Below, one piece after another: positions 59,277 through 64,000 of a stretch of DNA of 64,000 nt. The position numbers and the translations under genes were made by a program. The number at the start of each line of letters is the position of its first letter. Positions within the stretch are counted from its first letter, which is position 1. The notes under the pieces were generated by a model. It searched no databases and was not told the DNA's origin. It saw nothing but the letters and a program-made list of their open reading frames with translations. The stretch spans positions 92,329 through 156,328 of the forward strand of contig JACKPP010000001.1 in the NCBI GenBank assembly GCA_024233455.1. Reading direction: 5' to 3'. The DNA comes from Chlamydiales bacterium (GTDB lineage: Bacteria > Chlamydiota > Chlamydiia > Chlamydiales > JACKPQ01).

Positions 59277-61475
59277 TTGCTCATTTTATCTCTTGCTAGA
59301 ATTTATGGCAATTGCCAAAGTGGTTCTATGACCAGTAGTGAAGAATTATTTGGAGCCGTGGAGTCGATTGTTTTCTCAAGCGAGGAGACCGGCTTTACCG
59401 TTGCTAGAGTCAAACAACCAAGGCAGAGCGAGTTGACCTGCGTGGTCGGTCCTATGCCCGGGCTAATCCCAGGCGAAGAGATCCGTGCCAAAGGCGTTTG
59501 GAAGCACCATAGTACCTACGGGCGCCAGTTTGAGGTAGAAGGCTACGAGGTGAGCTATCCAGCCGACCTGATTGGGATTCAAAAATATTTAGAATCAGGT
59601 ATGGTGAAGGGCATCGGGCCGGTCTATGCCGAGCGGATTGTAAAACGCTTTGGTATCAAGACGCTCGAGGTTATCGACCAAAATGCCTACCGCCTGCTTG
59701 AGGTGGAAGGGCTGGGAGAAAAGCGCGTCACCAAAATTCAGGAATGCTGGGGTGAGCACAAATCGGTGCGCGGCGTGATGATTTTTTTGCGCGGCCACGG
59801 TATTAGTCCAGCCTATGCCCAAAAAATTTATCGCAAATACGGCGAGGAGGTGATCGAAAAGGTCAAAGAAAACCCTTATCGATTAGCTCAAGATATCCGC
59901 GGCATCGGTTTTAAGATGGCCGATAAAGTAGCTGAGCAAATGGGAATCCCCCGAGAGTCTGACAATCGGATCAATGCCGGCATTGAGCACACCCTTTGGG
60001 AGCTTAGCTCGGATGGACATGTCTGCTATCCCAAAGAGGATTTGCTCAAAATTGTCACTGCTATGTTGGAGCTAGATTCGGCTTTGGTGGAAAAAGCCAT
60101 TCCTCGGCTAGCCTCTTCCGAACGCATTGTTGAAAGCGATGGATTTGTCTGGATCAAGCCCCTTTATTTTGCCGAACTTGGCATCGCCCGCGAGCTCAAA
60201 CGGTTAGAGGCTGAAAAATGCGTTATACGCGATGTCGATCTGGATAAGGCTATCGACTGGGTGCAAGAAAAACTACATATTACCTTAGCCGAAGAACAGG
60301 TTGAAGGGGTTAAAAAGAGTCTCACTGCAAAAATCCATATTTTAACCGGCGGTCCCGGAACAGGCAAAAGTACGATTACACGGGCAATTTTGACTATTTC
60401 ACAAAAGGTGACCAATAAGATTTTACTGGCAGCACCCACCGGCAGGGCAGCTAAAAGAATGAGCGAGATTTGTTACCGCAAAGCGTTTACCATCCACAGT
60501 CTATTGGAAGTTGATTTTACCACCGGCGGTTTTAAGCGTAATCGCGACAATCCCCTCACCTGTGATCTGCTCATTGTCGATGAAGCATCTATGATCGATA
60601 CCCAGCTGATGTATGCGCTTTTAAAAGCCCTGCCTGATCAGGCTCGATTAATCCTGATTGGCGATATCGACCAATTGCCAAGCGTGGGTCCTGGAACGGT
60701 TTTGCAAGATCTCATCGACTCCGAAACACTTCCAGTCACCCGTTTAACGCAAATCTTTCGCCAAGCCAGAGGCTCTAAAATTATCCGCAGTGCTCACAGC
60801 ATCAATAAAGGCTTTTTTCCTAACCTAGAATACGAAGAAAAAAGCGATTTTTCTTTTATTGAAGAAGAAGACCAGCAGAGCATCTTGCAAAAGATCTGTT
60901 TTCTGGTGGAAAAAGGACTGCCCGAAAAATATGGCTATGACCGGATAAGCGATATTCAGGTGCTAGCTCCCATGAAAAAAGGGATGATAGGAACCGAAAA
61001 TCTCAATGTGGTTTTACAAGAGCGGCTGAATCACTCCTCAAATCCCCTTATGCGTATGGGCCGGCGTTTTCATTTTGGCGACAAGGTGATGCAAATCCGC
61101 AATAATTACGACAAAAAGGTCTTTAACGGCGATGTAGGCTACATTATCAATATCGATACCGTCGATCAGGAGCTCACTGTGAATTTTGACAACGAGGATG
61201 TCACCTACGATTTTACCGAACTCGATGATTTGGTTTTGGCCTACGCAGTATCTGTCCACAAATACCAAGGCAGCGAATGCCCCTGTGTGGTGATGCCGAT
61301 TCATACCTCTCATTTCAAACTCCTCTACCGCAACTTGCTCTATACCGGCATCACGCGAGGCAAAAAACGAGTTGTGTTGGTCGGCACCAAAAAAGCTTTG
61401 GGGATGGCTATTAACAACAATGAAGCTTTTGGCCGCTATACGGGCCTAAAGCGCCTGTTAACTCTTGATGGTTGA
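59277..61475 (+). CDS. RecD2-like ATP-dependent DNA helicase (SF1)
   Basis: HhH-rich N-domain, Walker A GGPGTGKST, helicase motifs through LIGDIDQLPSVGPG and C-terminal SH3-like and QGSE blocks; alternative start at 59328. Confidence 0.8.
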   Translation: MLILSLARIYGNCQSGSMTSSEELFGAVESIVFSSEETGFTVARVKQPRQSELTCVVGPMPGLIPGEEIRAKGVWKHHSTYGRQFEVEGYEVSYPADLIGIQKYLESGMVKGIGPVYAERIVKRFGIKTLEVIDQNAYRLLEVEGLGEKRVTKIQECWGEHKSVRGVMIFLRGHGISPAYAQKIYRKYGEEVIEKVKENPYRLAQDIRGIGFKMADKVAEQMGIPRESDNRINAGIEHTLWELSSDGHVCYPKEDLLKIVTAMLELDSALVEKAIPRLASSERIVESDGFVWIKPLYFAELGIARELKRLEAEKCVIRDVDLDKAIDWVQEKLHITLAEEQVEGVKKSLTAKIHILTGGPGTGKSTITRAILTISQKVTNKILLAAPTGRAAKRMSEICYRKAFTIHSLLEVDFTTGGFKRNRDNPLTCDLLIVDEASMIDTQLMYALLKALPDQARLILIGDIDQLPSVGPGTVLQDLIDSETLPVTRLTQIFRQARGSKIIRSAHSINKGFFPNLEYEEKSDFSFIEEEDQQSILQKICFLVEKGLPEKYGYDRISDIQVLAPMKKGMIGTENLNVVLQERLNHSSNPLMRMGRRFHFGDKVMQIRNNYDKKVFNGDVGYIINIDTVDQELTVNFDNEDVTYDFTELDDLVLAYAVSVHKYQGSECPCVVMPIHTSHFKLLYRNLLYTGITRGKKRVVLVGTKKALGMAINNNEAFGRYTGLKRLLTLDG

Positions 61476-62936
61476 CTTGGTCTGAAAGGTTTCTCCCTTT
61501 TTTATCATCGCCTGGATTTGTTTTTTCCATTCCCCTTCACGCCTTTTTGCAAAGTAGTAGACGATGTGCGGAATGATGAAGATGATGACGTAAGCTACAA
61601 TCAAAATCGTGAGGTAATTGCTGTAGAGCTTTAGGGAAATTTCTTCGGGCTTGGCAAATGCTACAATAAAGGCAAAAATGGTTGAGCATAGGCCTACAAG
61701 TGCTACAATCCATCCCAAAGGTGCTGGAAGGGTAAAACGGCGAGGATTATCCGCTTTTTTTACTTTGAGAACAAGGTATGAAATGAAGAGCAGCACATAC
61801 ATAGTCAGGTAAGAAATCACAGTTAGAGCAATGGCTGTGAAAAAGGCCATATTACCACCGCCTTGTGACCCAAATGTGAGAACCACCATCCAAATGGTGA
61901 CCAAAATGCCTTGTACTAACATAAGGTGGGTGGGCATGTGGTTTTTGTTCATTTTGGCAAGACGCGGCGGCAATAGACCCTGCTGGGCAGCAAACAGCAT
62001 ACCACGCACTGGACCATTAACCCACGAGGCAATTTCAGCAATGGCGCTGATGGCCACCAAAGCAGCTATCGGGTAACGCGCCCAGGCTAACCCGTAGTGA
62101 GTAAATAAATAACTAAATGCCTCGACAATGCCAGCATTGAGCGAAATTTGCGCTTTTGGAACAGTCATCGCAATTGTAAGGGAAGCCAGAGAACCGATCA
62201 CAATAGTTGTAATGACGAGAATAAAAATCGAGAGGGGGTAGTTACGGCCCGGATTCTTTAAATGGTTGACGTGCACCGCAGAGGCCTCTGCGCCCATAAA
62301 TGCCAGCACAAAAGAAGCCAAGACCACGAGCGTACTTCCTTCCGAGAAACTGGGGAAAAAGGTTTTGCTATTCAAGGCAATTTGCAGCGTATTTCCCTCT
62401 AAGACAAACATAAATCCTAGAATAACTAAAACCAAAGCTGGCAGAAGAACGCCCAGAACAAATCCGGTTGAAGCGATGTATTTGGTAATACGCGTTCCGC
62501 CAAAACTAGCTAAGGAAATAGCCCAAAAAATGGTAAAGATAATGGCAAACTGGGACCAACCAGGCTGGCTGAGTTGCGGGGCATCAAATAAGTACCCCAG
62601 AGCTCCGGTGATAAAATACAACATAGGTACAAATCCAATCGAAATTTCCATAAATTGTAAATAGATCATCTTAAATCCAAAACGCTCGCCCAGGGCCGCT
62701 GTTCCCCAGCTGTAAACGCCTGCATTAGACCATCCGCCTGCCCCCGTTCCCATTTCAGCTGCGGTCAGACAAACCGGAATAAACCATAAAAATCCGGCAA
62801 ACAGCAAAAAGAAAATTAACGAAAATCCCGCTGTGGCAAATGTGGGATAAGTGTAGATGGTCACTACCATCGAAACGGTGATCATCAAAAAGCCAAATAG
62901 GCCCAATTGATGGGGTTGCTTAAAATTTTTATGCAT
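61458..62936 (-). CDS. APC-superfamily amino acid antiporter, GadC (glutamate/GABA antiporter) family
   Basis: N-terminal about 110 aa align by eye to E. coli GadC (YTYPTFATAGFSLIFFLLFAGFLWFIPVCLTAAEMGT versus [37 protein letters not shown]); 12 TM; start at MHKNFKQ. Confidence 0.7.
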   Translation of the reverse strand: MHKNFKQPHQLGLFGFLMITVSMVVTIYTYPTFATAGFSLIFFLLFAGFLWFIPVCLTAAEMGTGAGGWSNAGVYSWGTAALGERFGFKMIYLQFMEISIGFVPMLYFITGALGYLFDAPQLSQPGWSQFAIIFTIFWAISLASFGGTRITKYIASTGFVLGVLLPALVLVILGFMFVLEGNTLQIALNSKTFFPSFSEGSTLVVLASFVLAFMGAEASAVHVNHLKNPGRNYPLSIFILVITTIVIGSLASLTIAMTVPKAQISLNAGIVEAFSYLFTHYGLAWARYPIAALVAISAIAEIASWVNGPVRGMLFAAQQGLLPPRLAKMNKNHMPTHLMLVQGILVTIWMVVLTFGSQGGGNMAFFTAIALTVISYLTMYVLLFISYLVLKVKKADNPRRFTLPAPLGWIVALVGLCSTIFAFIVAFAKPEEISLKLYSNYLTILIVAYVIIFIIPHIVYYFAKRREGEWKKQIQAMIKKGETFQTKSTIKS

Positions 62937-63996
62937 CGTGTAATCCTTCTTGAAGCAGGTGCACCAGCATGCGATTGCCGGCATGGGTTTTTAATTCTTG
63001 ATAGCTAGGGGGCAGTCTATGGCCAAAATCTTTGAGATCATCCCATAACTCAGGATGAAACTGGGTAGTAAACGAGCGCTTGAGCTGCCCGGTGTCAAAA
63101 TCGCGGTAAAAAATGCACGTGGCAGCATTGGCGGTTATGAGCTTCCCCTGTGCTCTGGTAGAAGCTAAAATTTTGACAGCGTAAGGCAGCCGCAATAGCC
63201 AATCGAGGTGACCACAGGCCAACTCTTGCCGGTGGTACAAACACGCCTCATGCAGTTTGGTATAGGCCCAGCTGCAAAAAATGGCAGCTTCTTGAGTGGC
63301 AATATCGCGATGAAACATATCGATCTTTAAGTCACCTGCGTATTGCTGCATAAGATCAATCAAACCCCTAGCCTGTGCTGTCACCTCGTAGGTTTCGAGG
63401 ACTTCTTCGGCAACTCCCATAGCCTCAGGTGTGGGCACTTGATAGGCACACAAGACATGTCCTCGCAGCTCTGCTTCGGCATTTTGCGCGGTGGCAAACT
63501 GCGCTTTATCCCACTTTAGCTGCTCTCCTACAGCCGAAATTCTCTGGGCAACAGCTTTGAGTCCATCTGGCGCTCCCGTCTCGATAGCTTTAATGGCACG
63601 CTTTATCAGCCTCACATGCGCCTCAGCTGCCAGCTGATGCCCCAAACAGATAAAAAGACCCGGAGCTCCCCGATCGGCGCGAGTTAAAAGCAACGCTTCA
63701 ATTAGGGCAAGCAAATCGTCACGGGAACAGGCAGAATGCGTGAATGTTTTTTCATCATAAACAGCAGGCGCTCCGCCTTCGACTACAAAAGCGGCACTCT
63801 CTGATGCAAATCTGGCCAGATCAACAGCATCATAAATTCCCTTCCAAGCAGGTATCAGCGTTGCATCCAAATCTCCCACAGCCTGTGCAATATAGGCCAC
63901 GTTGAGTGAAGCACGCACAACCTCACCCTCTGGATTTTGACCCACATTTTCCCAAGGTTCGATAATACATACGCTGTTGCGATAAAGAGAAGGCAT
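62929..63996 (-). CDS. class-I glutamine amidotransferase-like domain protein (putative amidohydrolase)
   Basis: contains both GATase1 signatures, GLFICLGHQ (nucleophile Cys) and TTQFHPE (His/Glu), but spaced about 215 aa apart rather than the usual ~90; 8-nt overlap with the downstream antiporter gene; start at the window edge. Confidence 0.4.
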   Translation of the reverse strand: MPSLYRNSVCIIEPWENVGQNPEGEVVRASLNVAYIAQAVGDLDATLIPAWKGIYDAVDLARFASESAAFVVEGGAPAVYDEKTFTHSACSRDDLLALIEALLLTRADRGAPGLFICLGHQLAAEAHVRLIKRAIKAIETGAPDGLKAVAQRISAVGEQLKWDKAQFATAQNAEAELRGHVLCAYQVPTPEAMGVAEEVLETYEVTAQARGLIDLMQQYAGDLKIDMFHRDIATQEAAIFCSWAYTKLHEACLYHRQELACGHLDWLLRLPYAVKILASTRAQGKLITANAATCIFYRDFDTGQLKRSFTTQFHPELWDDLKDFGHRLPPSYQELKTHAGNRMLVHLLQEGLHDA

Positions 63997-64000
63997 TTTT

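Noticed and set aside
62929-63996. calling the GATase-like ORF a bona fide glutaminase/PuuD
   Set aside because: The two signature motifs are spaced about twice as far apart as in canonical class-I amidotransferases. It is kept as putative, not assigned to a specific enzyme.

Overview
This 64 kb window looks like a chromosomal segment from a member of the phylum Chlamydiae, most likely an environmental or amoeba-associated chlamydia-like organism rather than Chlamydia itself. The evidence is gene content and local synteny: acpP-fabG-fabD-fabH followed by recR-bamA-skp-lpxD and pdhABC in the chlamydial arrangement; groES-groEL with pepF alongside; pepA-ssb, lgt, trxB, potABCD, accA, tyrS, rpiA-ptsH and a RecD2 helicase. 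About 70 features are listed; coding density is high, with one tRNA (tRNA-Asn, minus strand) and no rRNA, CRISPR array, integrase or phage genes. Accessory genes with a eukaryote-like or effector-like flavour are interleaved with this core: an F-box protein, a GAMT/RMT2-like methyltransferase fused behind the polyamine transporter operon, a family-17 glycosyltransferase (GnT-III-like), and a protein tyrosine phosphatase with a Pro/Ser-rich N-terminus. Several nuclease-fold proteins also sit among the core genes (DUF1016/YhcG, an Rpn-family nuclease, a secreted PLD/Nuc-like protein, a BFN/DUF151 nuclease). The most unusual stretch is about 52.4-59.3 kb next to the tRNA-Asn. It holds the GT17 gene, an intact DUF4143 AAA ATPase, the convergent PTP gene, a 175-bp non-coding tandem repeat (2.36 copies), and a 5'-truncated second DUF4143 copy whose missing 5' part is replaced by the repeat. 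This reads as a tRNA-proximal accessory island carrying putative host-interaction factors. At the right edge a GadC-like glutamate/GABA-type antiporter gene overlaps a protein carrying both class-I glutamine amidotransferase signature motifs, a possible amino-acid-dependent pH or nutrient module. All functional calls are from reading the translated ORFs and motifs by eye; no database search was possible.
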